From positions 160,365 through 224,364 of the forward strand of contig CAYSQJ010000003.1 of the NCBI GenBank assembly GCA_964433345.1: a stretch of DNA of 64,000 bases, written 5' to 3'. The notes below the pieces were generated by a model. That model saw only the letters and a list, made by a program, of their open reading frames with translations. It searched no databases and was not told where the DNA came from. The position numbers were made by a program, and so were the translations under genes. The DNA is from an uncultured Bordetella sp. (GTDB lineage: Bacteria > Pseudomonadota > Gammaproteobacteria > Burkholderiales > SG8-41). Shown here piece after piece: positions 47,409-60,886 of this stretch. Numbering within the stretch: the first letter of the stretch is position 1; every line of letters begins with the position of its first letter.

Positions 47409-48643
47409 GCCGCCGCCAGCGCGATGACCCGGCGCAGCAGCAGCAGGCCGGGAATCGCGATCAGTGCGCAGAGCAGGAAAAAGCCCGGCCAGCCGAGCAT
47501 TTCCGCGAACCAGCCGGTGGGCGCCGACAGCAGCACCCGCGGCACCCCCATCAGGCTGGACAGCAGCGCATATTGCGTGGCAGTGAAGCGGCGGTCGGTC
47601 AGTGCCGCCATGAATCCGACAAAGGCAGCAGTACCCATGCCGGCCGTCAGGTTCTCGACCGCCACCACGGTGGCCAGCGCGCCGACATGGTGCGGCAGCA
47701 GCGCGAGCACGACAAAACCCAGCGTCGACAGCATCTGGCCGAAACCGAACAGCCACAGCGCGCGATGGGTGCCCACCCGCAGTATCCACAGCCCGCCCAG
47801 CGTGCCGCCGGCGATGGTCGCCCAGAATCCGAACAGCTTGACCACGGTGCCGATCTCGGTCTTGCTGTAGCCGAGGTCGAGGTAGAAGGGCGTGGTCATC
47901 GCCGAAGCCATGGTGTCACCCAGCTTGTAGAGCAGGATGAAGGCGAGGATCAGCCAGGCACCCTGGCGCGCAAAGTAGTCGCGGAAGGGCAACAGCACCG
48001 CCTCGCGCAGCGTGCGCGGCCGGCCCTCGGGCAGCGGCGGCTCCGGCGCCAGCAGCGTCACCGCGATGCAGGCGATCATGCACATCGCCATGATCCGGTA
48101 CATCGTGCCGAAGGACAGCCAGTCGGCGAGGATCAGTCCGCCACCGCCGGCGAGCAGCATGCCCAGCCGGTAGCCGTTGACGTACATCGCCGAGCCCAGA
48201 CCCAGTTCCGCCTCGTGCAGGCTCTCGCGGCGGTAGGCATCGACGACGATGTCCTGCGATGCCGAAAACAGTGCCACCAGCAGGCTGGCCAGCATCACCC
48301 AGCCGAGCTGGTCTGCGGACGGCTGAGTTGCAGCGAGCAGCAGCAGCGCGCCGGCCACGGCGAACTGGGTCAGCGCCAGCCAGCCGCGGCGCCTGCCCGG
48401 TGGCGGCGCATAACGGTCGAACAGCGGCGACCACAGGAATTTGAGGGTGTACGGCAGCCCCACCAGCGCGAACAGCCCGATGCGCGCGAGATCGACGCCG
48501 CCGTCCTTGAGCCAGGCCTGCAGCACCGAGCCGGTCAGCAGCAGGGGCAGGCCCGAGGCAAAGCCCATCAGCAGGGCAATCAGCATGCGGCCGCTGAACA
48601 CGGCCTGCGCGGTCTCGCGCCAGGACAGGCGCCGGTCGCTCAA
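47393..48643 (-). CDS. ampG: AmpG-family muropeptide MFS transporter
   Basis: LLMGFASGLPLLLTGSVLQAWL, YTLKFLWSPLFDRY; TTG start at 48643 overlapping xth TGA gives an E. coli-like N-terminus length. Confidence 0.8.
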   Translation of the reverse strand: MSDRRLSWRETAQAVFSGRMLIALLMGFASGLPLLLTGSVLQAWLKDGGVDLARIGLFALVGLPYTLKFLWSPLFDRYAPPPGRRRGWLALTQFAVAGALLLLAATQPSADQLGWVMLASLLVALFSASQDIVVDAYRRESLHEAELGLGSAMYVNGYRLGMLLAGGGGLILADWLSFGTMYRIMAMCMIACIAVTLLAPEPPLPEGRPRTLREAVLLPFRDYFARQGAWLILAFILLYKLGDTMASAMTTPFYLDLGYSKTEIGTVVKLFGFWATIAGGTLGGLWILRVGTHRALWLFGFGQMLSTLGFVVLALLPHHVGALATVVAVENLTAGMGTAAFVGFMAALTDRRFTATQYALLSSLMGVPRVLLSAPTGWFAEMLGWPGFFLLCALIAIPGLLLLRRVIALAAAQPEK

Positions 48644-49422
48644 GCGGCGTTCCCGTCGTAGTGGATGGTCAGCGGCGCGTGGTCGGAGAAACGCTCGTCC
48701 TTGTAGATCGCCGCCCGCTTCGCCCTTGCCGCGATGCCCGGCGTCGCGATCTGGTAGTCGATGCGCCAGCCGACATTCTTTGCCCAGGCCTGGCCGCGAT
48801 TCGACCACCAGGTGTACGACGCATCGGTCGTCTCCGGATGCAGTCTGCGGTAGACATCGACCCAGCCCAGTTCATCGAAAATCCGCGTCATCCAGTCGCG
48901 TTCTTCGGGCAGAAAACCGGAGTTCTTGCGGTTTCCCTTCCAGTTCTTGAGGTCAATCTCGCGATGCGCGATGTTCCAGTCGCCGCAAAGCACTACTTCA
49001 CGGCGCGACTTGCGCAGCTGTTTCAGGTGCGGATAGAAGGCATCGAGGAAGCGAAACTTGGAGGCCTGGCGGTGCTCGCCGCTCGATCCCGAAGGCAGGT
49101 ACAGCGAAATCACCGACAGTCCGCCGAAATCGGCGCGCAGATAACGTCCTTCATCATCGAACTCGGCGACGCCGAAGCCGGCGGCCACCCGGTCCGGCGC
49201 GGACTTCGAATAGATTCCGACCCCGCTGTAGCCCTTCTTTGCCGCGTAATGGAAATGACCGTGGTAGCCGGCAGGCGCCAGCAGCTCCGCGGTCATGTCG
49301 GCGGCCTGCGCCTTGATTTCCTGCACGCAGACCACGTCAGCGCGCTGTCGCGACAGCCATTCGAGGAAACCCTTGCGCGCCGCAGAACGGATGCCGTTGA
49401 GATTCAGGGTTATAATTTTCAT
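48640..49422 (-). CDS. xth: exodeoxyribonuclease III
   Basis: 260 aa; MKIITLNLNGIRSA, VCVQEIK, GDWNIAH, SDHAP. Confidence 0.92.
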   Translation of the reverse strand: MKIITLNLNGIRSAARKGFLEWLSRQRADVVCVQEIKAQAADMTAELLAPAGYHGHFHYAAKKGYSGVGIYSKSAPDRVAAGFGVAEFDDEGRYLRADFGGLSVISLYLPSGSSGEHRQASKFRFLDAFYPHLKQLRKSRREVVLCGDWNIAHREIDLKNWKGNRKNSGFLPEERDWMTRIFDELGWVDVYRRLHPETTDASYTWWSNRGQAWAKNVGWRIDYQIATPGIAARAKRAAIYKDERFSDHAPLTIHYDGNAA

Positions 49423-49504
49423 CGTTTTCGATCCGGCGGAAACGTGCCACCGCCTGCGTTGCCGAACTCACCTTGCCGCGGGCACGCCGGCATGTTCATC
49501 CACC

Positions 49505-50155
49505 ATGGCCGCCAGCTTCCGACAGGAATTCATCCGTTTCGCCATCAGCACCAGGGTCCTGCTCTTCGGCGAGTTCAAAACCAAGGCCGGGCGTCTGTCC
49601 CCGTATTTTTTCAACGCCGGGCTGTTCTGCGACGGCAACTCGCTGCGCGAACTCGCCCGATTCTACGCGAAAGCGATTTCCGCGGCGGATGTGCCTTTCG
49701 ACATGCTGTTCGGTCCCGCCTACAAGGGCATTCCGCTGGTCGCGGCAGTGGCGATCGCGCTTGCGGATGCCGGACGCAACGTCCCGTTCAGCTACAACCG
49801 CAAGGAAGCCAAGGATCACGGCGAGGGCGGCAGCGTGGTCGGCGCCGCCCTCGCAGGACGCACGCTGATTGTCGACGACGTGATTTCCGCGGGCACCTCG
49901 GTGCGCGAGTCGGTCGGCCTGATCCGCGCCGCAGGCGCCGTACCCGCCGGCGTGCTGATTGCGCTCGACCGCATGGAGCGCGGCGCCGCGGAACTGTCGG
50001 CCACGCAGGAGGTCGGAAAACTGTACGACATCCCGGTCATCAGCATCGCGACGCTGGACGACCTGATCGGATACCTGGGCAACGAGAAAGGCATGGGACC
50101 GCAGCTGGCCGCGGTTGACGCCTACCGGAAAAAATACGGAGTACATGATGTCTGA
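49505..50155 (+). CDS. pyrE: orotate phosphoribosyltransferase
   Basis: 216 aa from MAASFRQEFI; FGEFKTKAGRLSPYFFN, PRPP motif LIVDDVISAGTS. Confidence 0.92.
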   Translation: MAASFRQEFIRFAISTRVLLFGEFKTKAGRLSPYFFNAGLFCDGNSLRELARFYAKAISAADVPFDMLFGPAYKGIPLVAAVAIALADAGRNVPFSYNRKEAKDHGEGGSVVGAALAGRTLIVDDVISAGTSVRESVGLIRAAGAVPAGVLIALDRMERGAAELSATQEVGKLYDIPVISIATLDDLIGYLGNEKGMGPQLAAVDAYRKKYGVHDV

Positions 50156-50825
50156 GCGCCTGAATACCCTGTCCCTGGCCGCGGTGATGGCCGCAACGGT
50201 GCTGCTTGCCCTGCCGGCCTCGGCCCAGAAAATCGTCTGCTGGAAAGACAAGTCCGGCAAGGTCATCGGCTGCGGCGACCGCGTGCCGCCGGAATACCGG
50301 CAGAACGAATCCAAGACCCTGGACAGCCGCGGCATCACCCGGGAAACCAAGGTCTCCGCCGAGGAGGCAGCGCGGCTGAGGGAGGAGGAAAAGAAAAAGG
50401 CCGCGCTCAAAGTCGAGGAAGACCGCCGCATCGCCGAGCAGCGCCGCCAGGACACCGCGCTGATCAACACCTACACCGCGGCCAAGGAAATCGACGTCCG
50501 GCGCGACCGCGAACTGCAGGTGGTCGACCTGCAGATCCAGCAGCTGCAGGCCCAGCTGAAGAATGCCGCCGACGCGCACAACTCGCAGAAGGCACGCTAC
50601 GCCAGTTTCGAGAAGCGCGGCAAGATCCCCGACAACGTCAGGGACGATCTGCGCAACGCCGCGGCGGCAGAAGAAAACGTCAAGGCGCGCATCGCTGACC
50701 GCGAAAAGGACAAGGAAAGGATAGCCGCGAGCTACGCCGCGCAGAAAGCGCGTTACATCGAACTCAAGGGCGGCGCCGCACCGGGTTCCGTACCCGCGGA
50801 AGCCAAACCCGCCCCGAAAAAATGA
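50145..50825 (+). CDS. DUF4124 domain protein (secreted, coiled-coil)
   Basis: 226 aa from MMSERL; signal peptide, KIVCWKDKSGKVIGCGDRVPPEY (DUF4124-like), charged coiled-coil tail; GGAG SD. Confidence 0.65.
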   Translation: MMSERLNTLSLAAVMAATVLLALPASAQKIVCWKDKSGKVIGCGDRVPPEYRQNESKTLDSRGITRETKVSAEEAARLREEEKKKAALKVEEDRRIAEQRRQDTALINTYTAAKEIDVRRDRELQVVDLQIQQLQAQLKNAADAHNSQKARYASFEKRGKIPDNVRDDLRNAAAAEENVKARIADREKDKERIAASYAAQKARYIELKGGAAPGSVPAEAKPAPKK

Positions 50826-50837
50826 GGCTGCGCCGGC

Positions 50838-52274
50838 TCAGCCGGCGAGCTTGCCGCGCAGGATATCGTTGACCTGCTGCGGATTGGCCTTGCCGCGGGT
50901 CGCCTTCATGACCTGCCCGACCAGCGAGTTGAAAGCCTTTTCCTTGCCGGCCCTGAAATCGGCGACCTGCTGGGCATTGGCCGCCAGCACCTGATCGACG
51001 ATTTTTTCGATTTCCCCGCTGTCTGAAATCTGTTTGAGCCCCTTCGCCGCGATGATCGCGTCGGCATCGCCCTCGCCAGCCCACATCGCGTCGAACACGT
51101 CCTTGGCCATCTTGCCGGAAATCGTGCCGTCGGCAATGCGGTCGACGAGCCCCCGCAGCTGCCCGGCCTTCACCCGGCTTTGCGTGACCTCCAACCCTTC
51201 CTCGTTCAGGCGCGCGCTCAGCGCACCGTTGATCCAGTTTGCGCAGAGTTTGCCGGTCCGGGTATCGGCGCCAGCGGCGGATTCGGTGAAATAGTCCGCC
51301 AGTTCCCGGCTTGCCGTCAGCAGTCCCGCATCGTAAGGCGTCAAGCCGTACTGCGCGCAAAACTGCTCCCGGCGCGCGCCCGGCAGCGCAGGCATCGCCG
51401 CCCGCACCGCGGCGATGCGTTCAGTGGTCACTTCCAGCGGCAGCAGGTCGGGATCCGGGAAGTAGCGGTAGTCATGCGCATCTTCCTTGGTGCGCATCAT
51501 CCGCGTCTCGCCGGTATCCGGATCGAACAACACCGTCGCCTGCTGGATCTTGCGGCCGTCCTCGATTTCCCCGATCTGCCAGCGCACTTCGTATTCAATG
51601 GCCTGCTGCAGGAAGCGGAAACTGTTCAGGTTCTTGATTTCACGGCGGGTACCGAGCTCGGTGCTGCCCGCGGGACGCACCGAAACGTTGGCATCGCAGC
51701 GGAACGACCCTTCCTGCATGTTGCCGTCGCAGACGTCGATCCAGCGCACCAGCGCATGCAGTGCCTTCGCGTAAGCCACCGCCTCCTCCGCCGAGCGCAT
51801 GTCGGGCTCAGAGACGATTTCGAGCAGCGGCGTCCCGGCGCGGTTGAGGTCGATGCCGGTCTGCCCGTGGAAATCCTCGTGCAGCGACTTGCCGGCGTCC
51901 TCCTCGAGATGGGCGCGGGTCAGGCGCACCGTTTTCTCGGTGTCACCAACCTGGATCGTGATCGTGCCGCCCTCGACGATCGGCCTTTCGTACTGGCTGA
52001 TCTGGTAACCCTTGGGCAGATCGGGGTAGAAATAATTCTTGCGCGCGAAAATCGAGGGCGAGTTGATTTTCGCGTCGACCGCGAGGCCGAAACGGATCGC
52101 GCGTTCCACCGCTCCGGTGTTGAGCACCGGCAGTACGCCCGGCAGCGCGATGTCGACGCCGCAGGCCTGGGTGTTGGGCTCGGCACCGAAAGCCGTCGAG
52201 GCGCCCGAGAAAATCTTCGACACCGTAGACAGCTGGGCATGCGTCTCGAGACCGATGACGACCTCCCATTTCAT
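50838..52274 (-). CDS. gatB: Asp-tRNA(Asn)/Glu-tRNA(Gln) amidotransferase subunit B
   Basis: 478 aa from [15 protein letters not shown]; canonical GatB blocks. Confidence 0.95.
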   Translation of the reverse strand: MKWEVVIGLETHAQLSTVSKIFSGASTAFGAEPNTQACGVDIALPGVLPVLNTGAVERAIRFGLAVDAKINSPSIFARKNYFYPDLPKGYQISQYERPIVEGGTITIQVGDTEKTVRLTRAHLEEDAGKSLHEDFHGQTGIDLNRAGTPLLEIVSEPDMRSAEEAVAYAKALHALVRWIDVCDGNMQEGSFRCDANVSVRPAGSTELGTRREIKNLNSFRFLQQAIEYEVRWQIGEIEDGRKIQQATVLFDPDTGETRMMRTKEDAHDYRYFPDPDLLPLEVTTERIAAVRAAMPALPGARREQFCAQYGLTPYDAGLLTASRELADYFTESAAGADTRTGKLCANWINGALSARLNEEGLEVTQSRVKAGQLRGLVDRIADGTISGKMAKDVFDAMWAGEGDADAIIAAKGLKQISDSGEIEKIVDQVLAANAQQVADFRAGKEKAFNSLVGQVMKATRGKANPQQVNDILRGKLAG

Positions 52275-52291
52275 CAGCTGGCGCTCCGCAA

Positions 52292-52388
52292 GGTGTGAGG
52301 CGTGAGGCGTGAGGCGCAAAAGCAAGTCCCCTCCCTGCTCGGCGTCCGCACAAGAAGACTGGTGTTGTTGATCTTCACACTTGACTCC

Positions 52389-52401
<13 letters not shown>
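52292..52401. repeat. heptamer-periodic palindromic element (gatA/gatB spacer), one arm overlapping the gatA stop codon
   Basis: GGTGTGAGGCGTGAGGCGTGAGGCG ... GACTCCTCACCCCTGACCC. Confidence 0.8.
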
Positions 52402-55328
<2,927 letters not shown>

Positions 55329-55417
55329 TGCCATTCCCGCCGGCCCGCATTCGCGCCCTTGCCTTGAACGGCAGCGAATGCGGGCCGGCTGCATTTCCGG
55401 CCGCCGACTGACGCTTC

Positions 55418-56317
55418 ATGGAATACACGCCGCCGCCGCTGTTCCGCACCGGGCTCACGCCGCTCGCGCGGCTGATGATTTTCGCCATGCTGTCCATCGT
55501 CCTGCTGATCGCCGATGCGCGCTTCAACTACCTGACGCCGCTGCGGCAGGTCGTCGGCGTGATCCTTTATCCGCTGCAGCGCATCGCCGCGGCGCCGGCG
55601 GCAATGGGTACGCGCATCGCCGATTTTTTCGTGAGCCATGCCACCCTGCGCCAGGACAAGGAGCGCCTTGCGGCGCAGAACCTCGAACTGGCAATGACCG
55701 CGCAACGCACCGCGGCCCTGCAGCAGGAGAACGCGCGCCTGCGTGGCCTGCTCGACATGCGCGAACGCATCACCGCGCCCTCTGTCGCCGCCGAGATTCT
55801 GTACGCCGCACGGGATCCGTTCTCGCGCAAGCTGATGATCGACCAGGGCCAGCTGGGCGGCGTCGAGGCCGGCCGCGCAGTGGCCGATCACGTCGGCATC
55901 ATCGGCCAGGTCACCCGGGTCTATCCCTGGCTGTCCGAAGTGACACTGATCACCGACAAGGGCCAGCTGGTGCCCGTGCTCAACGTGCGCACCGGACTGC
56001 GCGCGGTGCTGGCGGGCACCGGGGACGAAGGCCGGCTCGAGCTGCGTTTCATCCCGTTGACCGCAGACTTCCAGGCCGGCGACCAGCTGGTGACTTCCGG
56101 CATCGACGGCACTTATCCGCCGGGGCTGCCGGTGGCGGAGGTGACGCAGGTCCAGCGTGATACGGCCTTCCTTTTTGCCAGCATCGCCTGCAAGCCCCTC
56201 GCCGCGCCCAGCGCCGGCACCCAGGTCCTGGTGCTGGGTCTGCAGCCCGCGCTGCCGGAGCAGCCGGCGGAACAGCCGGCCGCTGCACCGGCGAAAAAGA
56301 AAAAGGGCAAATCCTGA
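55418..56317 (+). CDS. mreC: rod shape-determining protein MreC
   Basis: 299 aa; N-terminal TM, coiled coil (ENARLRGLL), TSGIDGTYPPGLPV motif. Confidence 0.88.
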   Translation: MEYTPPPLFRTGLTPLARLMIFAMLSIVLLIADARFNYLTPLRQVVGVILYPLQRIAAAPAAMGTRIADFFVSHATLRQDKERLAAQNLELAMTAQRTAALQQENARLRGLLDMRERITAPSVAAEILYAARDPFSRKLMIDQGQLGGVEAGRAVADHVGIIGQVTRVYPWLSEVTLITDKGQLVPVLNVRTGLRAVLAGTGDEGRLELRFIPLTADFQAGDQLVTSGIDGTYPPGLPVAEVTQVQRDTAFLFASIACKPLAAPSAGTQVLVLGLQPALPEQPAEQPAAAPAKKKKGKS

Positions 56318-56838
56318 TGGCCGCGCGCCCGATGACACCGCAGGAACTGCTGCTGCCGGTCAAACCCGGCTTCATCATGCTGACCCTCGTCGCCGCGCTG
56401 CTCGCCAACCTGCTGCCGTGGTCGGGATGGGGCGCCTGGCTGGCGCCGGACTTTGTTGCGCTGGTGGTGCTCTACTGGTGCATCGAGGAACCGCGCAAGA
56501 TCGGCTTCCTCGCAGCCTGGAGCCTGGGACTGCTGATGGACATCGCCGATGGCAGCCTTTTCGGCCAGCATGCGCTGGCCTACAGCATTCTCGCCTTCGC
56601 CGGCATCGCCCTGCACCGACGGGTGCAGCGCTTCTCGCTGGCGCCGCAAATACTGCACGTCATCCCGCTGCTGCTGTTCACCGACTTCGTCGTGCTGCTG
56701 GTGCGCGCGCTGGCCGGCGCGGATTTCCCCGGCTACGCCTATTTCATCGGCAGTTTCACCGGGGCCGCGCTGTGGCCGGTCCTGTACTACCTGCTGAAGC
56801 TGCCGCAACGGCCGCGCCCCGATCCCGACCGTGTCTGA
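56317..56838 (+). CDS. mreD: rod shape-determining protein MreD
   Basis: 173 aa multi-TM; ATGA overlap with mreC. Confidence 0.8.
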   Translation: MAARPMTPQELLLPVKPGFIMLTLVAALLANLLPWSGWGAWLAPDFVALVVLYWCIEEPRKIGFLAAWSLGLLMDIADGSLFGQHALAYSILAFAGIALHRRVQRFSLAPQILHVIPLLLFTDFVVLLVRALAGADFPGYAYFIGSFTGAALWPVLYYLLKLPQRPRPDPDRV

Positions 56839-58714
56839 ACTGTCGATCAATCCGGGCATCGAGATCCGGGACTCGGAACGCGATCTGCAGCGTTTCCGCT
56901 GGCGGCTGGTGCTGCTCGGGGGCTTCGTGCTGCTGCTGTTCGGCCTGCTGTTCCTGCGCTTCTTCTACCTGCAGGTGGTGCAGCATCGCCACTACAGCAC
57001 GCTGGCCGAAGCCAACCGCATTTCGGTGCTGCCGATCGCCCCCCATCGCGGCGTCATCCTCGACCGCAACGGCGTGCTGCTCGCGCACAACTACTCGGCC
57101 TATACGCTGGAGATCACGCCGAGCAGGGCCGGCGACCTCGAAGCCACGATCGACGGGCTGGCTGAAATCGTCGAGATCACTCCGCGCGACCGCCGGCGCT
57201 TCCGCAAGCTGCTCGAGGAAAGCAAGCGCTTCGAGAGCCTGCCGATCCGCACCCGGCTGTCGGACGAGGAAATCGCGCGCTTTGCCGTGCACCGCTACCG
57301 CTTTCCCGGTGTCGAGGCCAAGGCGCGGCTGTTCCGGCAGTACCCGCAGGGCGAGATCTTCTCCCACGTCGTCGGCCACATCGGACGCATCAACCAGCGC
57401 GAAATCGACCAGCTCGAGGATGCGGGCCGGCTTGCCAACTACCGCGGCAGCGACTACATCGGCAAGACCGGCCTCGAGCAAAGCTACGAGGCGGCACTGC
57501 ACGGCACCACCGGCGTCGAGGAAGTCGAGGTCGATTCGGGCGGGCGCGCGGTACGCGTGCTGTCGCGAACGCCGCCGGTTCCCGGCGACAACCTGGTGCT
57601 CAACCTCGATGCGCAGCTGCAGGAAGTCGCCTATCAGGCCTTCGGCGACCGCCGCGGCGCGCTGGTCGCGATCGACCCGCGCAACGGCGGCGTGCTGGCG
57701 CTGGTCAGCAAGCCCGGCTTCGACCCCAACCTGTTCGTCGACGGCATCGATCCGCAAAGCTGGAGCGAGCTCAACGGCTCCCCCGACAAGCCGCTGCTGA
57801 ACCGCGCGGCCGCCGGCACCTATCCGCCGGGATCGACCTTCAAGCCCTTCATGGCGCTGGCGGCGCTGTTCTACGGCAAGCGCCCGCCACAGCAGGTGAT
57901 CAGCGACCCCGGATATTTCGTGTTCGGCGGCCATCGCTTCCGCGACGGACGCCCGGTGCCGCTGGGTGCGGTCGACATGCACCGCTCCATCGTGGTGTCC
58001 TCCGACGTCTACTACTACACGCTGGCCAACGAACTCGGCATCGATCCGATCGCGAAATTCATGGCGCTGTTCGGATTCGGCAGCCGCACCGGCATCGACA
58101 TCGCCGGAGAATCCGCCGGCGTGCTGCCATCAACCGAGTGGAAGCTGCGCCGCTTCAAGCAGAAGTGGTATGCCGGCGAGACCATCAGCGTCGGCATCGG
58201 CCAGGGCTACAACAGCTACACGCCGCTGCAGCTCGCCTCGGCCACCGCGACGCTTGCCAACGACGGTGTGATGTACAGGCCGCATATCGTCAACTATGTC
58301 GAGGACATCCGCAGCGGCGGGAAGACGCCGGTGGAACCGGCACCGCTGCGCGACCTGAATCTCAAGCCCGGGCACCTCAAGGTGGTCAAGGACGCGATGG
58401 TCGGCGTCAACAAGGAGGGAACCTCGGCACGGATCTTCGCCGATGCGCCATACGTCGCCGCCGGCAAGACCGGCACGGCACAGGTCATCGCCATCAAGCA
58501 GGGTGAGAAGTACGTCGAGAGCCGCGTCGCCGAACGGCACCGCGACCACTCCCTGTTCATCGCCTACGCGCCTGCCGACAATCCGACCATCGCGCTGGCG
58601 GTGATTGCGGAGAACTCCGGTTTCGGTGCGCGCGCCGCCGCACCGATCGCCCGCCAGGTGCTCGACTACCACATCCTCGGCAAGCTGCCGGAAAAACCGG
58701 CGGTGATCGACTGA
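56831..58714 (+). CDS. mrdA: penicillin-binding protein 2 (elongasome transpeptidase)
   Basis: 627 aa, GTG start; STFKP, SSD, KTGTA motifs. Confidence 0.92.
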   Translation: MSELSINPGIEIRDSERDLQRFRWRLVLLGGFVLLLFGLLFLRFFYLQVVQHRHYSTLAEANRISVLPIAPHRGVILDRNGVLLAHNYSAYTLEITPSRAGDLEATIDGLAEIVEITPRDRRRFRKLLEESKRFESLPIRTRLSDEEIARFAVHRYRFPGVEAKARLFRQYPQGEIFSHVVGHIGRINQREIDQLEDAGRLANYRGSDYIGKTGLEQSYEAALHGTTGVEEVEVDSGGRAVRVLSRTPPVPGDNLVLNLDAQLQEVAYQAFGDRRGALVAIDPRNGGVLALVSKPGFDPNLFVDGIDPQSWSELNGSPDKPLLNRAAAGTYPPGSTFKPFMALAALFYGKRPPQQVISDPGYFVFGGHRFRDGRPVPLGAVDMHRSIVVSSDVYYYTLANELGIDPIAKFMALFGFGSRTGIDIAGESAGVLPSTEWKLRRFKQKWYAGETISVGIGQGYNSYTPLQLASATATLANDGVMYRPHIVNYVEDIRSGGKTPVEPAPLRDLNLKPGHLKVVKDAMVGVNKEGTSARIFADAPYVAAGKTGTAQVIAIKQGEKYVESRVAERHRDHSLFIAYAPADNPTIALAVIAENSGFGARAAAPIARQVLDYHILGKLPEKPAVID

Positions 58715-59817
58715 TGCCCATACTGCTGCGACGCTTCCTGGTTTTTATGACCCGGCACCTCGACGGCGTGCTGCTGTCGGCGATTCTGCTGCTGATGTTC
58801 ACCGGAGTGCTGGCACTGCTCAGCGCCTCCAACGGCAGTTACGTCCGGGTATCCGGCCAGCTGATGAACATGATGGTGGCACTGGCCGTGATGTGGGTGT
58901 TCGCCAACATTCCGCCGCATTACCTGATGCGGATGGCGGTGCCGCTGTTCCTGACCGGCTGCGCGCTGCTGGTCGGCGTCGCTGTGGCCGGCGAGGTGGT
59001 CAATGGCGCGCGGCGCTGGCTGAACATCGGCGTCACCCGCATCCAGCCTTCGGAGCTGATGAAAATCGCGGTGCCGCTGATGCTCGCCTGGTATTTCAAC
59101 CGCAACGAAGCCTCGCTGAAGCTGCGCAACTACCTGATTGCCGCGGTTATGCTGGCGATCCCGGCGGCGCTGATCCTGCGCCAGCCCGACCTCGGCACCG
59201 CGCTGCTGATCAGCGCCAGCGGCGCCTACCTGATTTTCCTCGCCGGCCTGCCGTGGCGGATCATCGCGACGCTGGCCGTCGCCGGCGGCGCCTGCCTGCC
59301 GCTGCTGTGGTCCTTGATGCACGACTACCAGCGCCGGCGGGTGCTGACGCTGCTCGACCCGGGCTCGGATCCCCTGGGCGCCGGTTACCACACCATCCAA
59401 TCCACGATCGCCGTCGGCTCGGGCGGACTGCTCGGGAAGGGCTGGATGAACGGCACCCAGACCCACCTCGACTTCATCCCGGAGCGCACCACCGACTTCA
59501 TTTTCGCGGTCTACGCCGAGGAGTTCGGCCTGCTCGGCAACGCCGTGCTGCTCGCGATGTACCTGTTCCTGATCGGACGCGCAATGGTGATCACCGCCAA
59601 TGCGCCGACACTGTTCTCGCGGCTGCTGGCCGGATCGATCACGCTGACCTTCTTCACCTATGCCTTCGTCAACATGGGCATGGTATCGGGCATCCTGCCC
59701 GTGGTGGGCGTGCCGCTGCCGCTGGTCAGCTACGGCGGAACTTCGCTGGTGTCGATCTGTCTCGGCTTCGGTATCCTGATGAGCATCAACACCCACAAGA
59801 AGCTGGTGCAGACATGA
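58714..59817 (+). CDS. rodA: SEDS-family peptidoglycan polymerase RodA
   Basis: 367 aa; FtsW/RodA/SpoVE family, IQPSELMK, ATGA overlap with mrdA. Confidence 0.92.
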   Translation: MPILLRRFLVFMTRHLDGVLLSAILLLMFTGVLALLSASNGSYVRVSGQLMNMMVALAVMWVFANIPPHYLMRMAVPLFLTGCALLVGVAVAGEVVNGARRWLNIGVTRIQPSELMKIAVPLMLAWYFNRNEASLKLRNYLIAAVMLAIPAALILRQPDLGTALLISASGAYLIFLAGLPWRIIATLAVAGGACLPLLWSLMHDYQRRRVLTLLDPGSDPLGAGYHTIQSTIAVGSGGLLGKGWMNGTQTHLDFIPERTTDFIFAVYAEEFGLLGNAVLLAMYLFLIGRAMVITANAPTLFSRLLAGSITLTFFTYAFVNMGMVSGILPVVGVPLPLVSYGGTSLVSICLGFGILMSINTHKKLVQT

Positions 59818-59825
59818 TTGAATTC

Positions 59826-59858
59826 GGTGAGGGGCGAGGAGTGAGGAGTGAGGAGCGG
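59826..59858. repeat. GTGAGG heptamer array, single arm (rodA/rlpA spacer)
   Basis: GGTGAGGGGCGAGGAGTGAGGAGTGAGGAGCGG then GAAAACC-ATG. Confidence 0.7.
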
Positions 59859-59864
59859 AAAACC

Positions 59865-60881
59865 ATGGGTGGCGGTCATCGCCCTGCGTTCATCACTTAT
59901 CGCCGGGCGGCGGTTTTTCTGCTCGCCGCCCTGCTTACCGCCTGCGGCAGCGCCCCGAAACGCGGCGGCATCGAACGCGCGCCGGGCGGCAGCACGGAAG
60001 CTCCGGCGCGCGGGGGCGGTTATTACCTCGACGACGGCCCCGGCGCCAATGCGCCGGCAAATCTCGATGCGGTTCCCGATGCCGTGCCGAGGGTGGAGCC
60101 GCTGCACCGCGGCACCCAGCGTCCGTACACCGTGATGGGCCGCAGTTACACGCCGATGACGCGGCTCGAGCCGTACCGGGCGCGCGGCATCGCCACCTGG
60201 TACGGCCGGCGTTATCACGGCAAGTCGACGGCCTCCGGCGAGCCCTACGACATGTACGCGATGACCGCCGCGCACACCGTGCTGCCGATCCCGAGTTACG
60301 TGCGTGTCACCAACGTCGCCAACGGCCGCTCGGTGGTGGTGCGCGTCAACGACCGCGGCCCCTTCATCGGCGACCGCCTGATCGACCTCTCGTACACCGC
60401 GGCGCACCGGCTGGGCATCATCGGCGCAGGCAGCGGCATGGTCGAAGTGGAAAGCATCATCCCCGGCGTGACGCCTGCCGCAGCACCGCCGGTGGCCAGT
60501 GCACCGGTGCCGGTGCCGACCCCCGCGCCTGTCATCGAAACCGTGGCGCTCCCGCCCCCGGCGCCGGTGACGGCAAGTCCGCTGCCTGCGAGCACCCCGG
60601 CTCCAGCTCCGGTCCCAGCCGCTGCCACCGCCACTGCGCCGGTCGCCGCGGGCGGCACCTGGCTGCAATTCGGCGCCTTCGGCGTGCAGGCCAATGCCGA
60701 AACCTATCTCGCACGACTGCAGGCACAGGCCGACTGGCTCGCCGGCACGCTGCGCATCCACCACGGCGACGGCCTCTACCGCGTGCAGGCAGGCCCCTAT
60801 GCCAGCGATGCCGCAGCGCGTGAAGCCGCGGAACGCGCCGGCCAGGCGCTGGGCGCGAAGCCGGTGGTCATCAGCCGCTGA
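59865..60881 (+). CDS. rlpA: septal ring lytic transglycosylase RlpA-family lipoprotein with SPOR domain
   Basis: 338 aa; lipobox LLTAC; DPBB block GIATWYG...GKSTASGE...AAH..LP.PSYVRVTN..NGRSVVVRVNDRGPF; Pro/Ala linker; C-terminal SPOR-like WLQFGAF. Confidence 0.85.
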   Translation: MGGGHRPAFITYRRAAVFLLAALLTACGSAPKRGGIERAPGGSTEAPARGGGYYLDDGPGANAPANLDAVPDAVPRVEPLHRGTQRPYTVMGRSYTPMTRLEPYRARGIATWYGRRYHGKSTASGEPYDMYAMTAAHTVLPIPSYVRVTNVANGRSVVVRVNDRGPFIGDRLIDLSYTAAHRLGIIGAGSGMVEVESIIPGVTPAAAPPVASAPVPVPTPAPVIETVALPPPAPVTASPLPASTPAPAPVPAAATATAPVAAGGTWLQFGAFGVQANAETYLARLQAQADWLAGTLRIHHGDGLYRVQAGPYASDAAAREAAERAGQALGAKPVVISR

Positions 60882-60886
60882 AAATC

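Noticed and set aside
49434-49449. Minus-strand TGGCACGTTTCCGCC upstream of xth
   Set aside because: GG to GC spacing is 9 rather than 10, and the element would sit only about 12 nt from the xth ATG. It is not a credible -24/-12 promoter.
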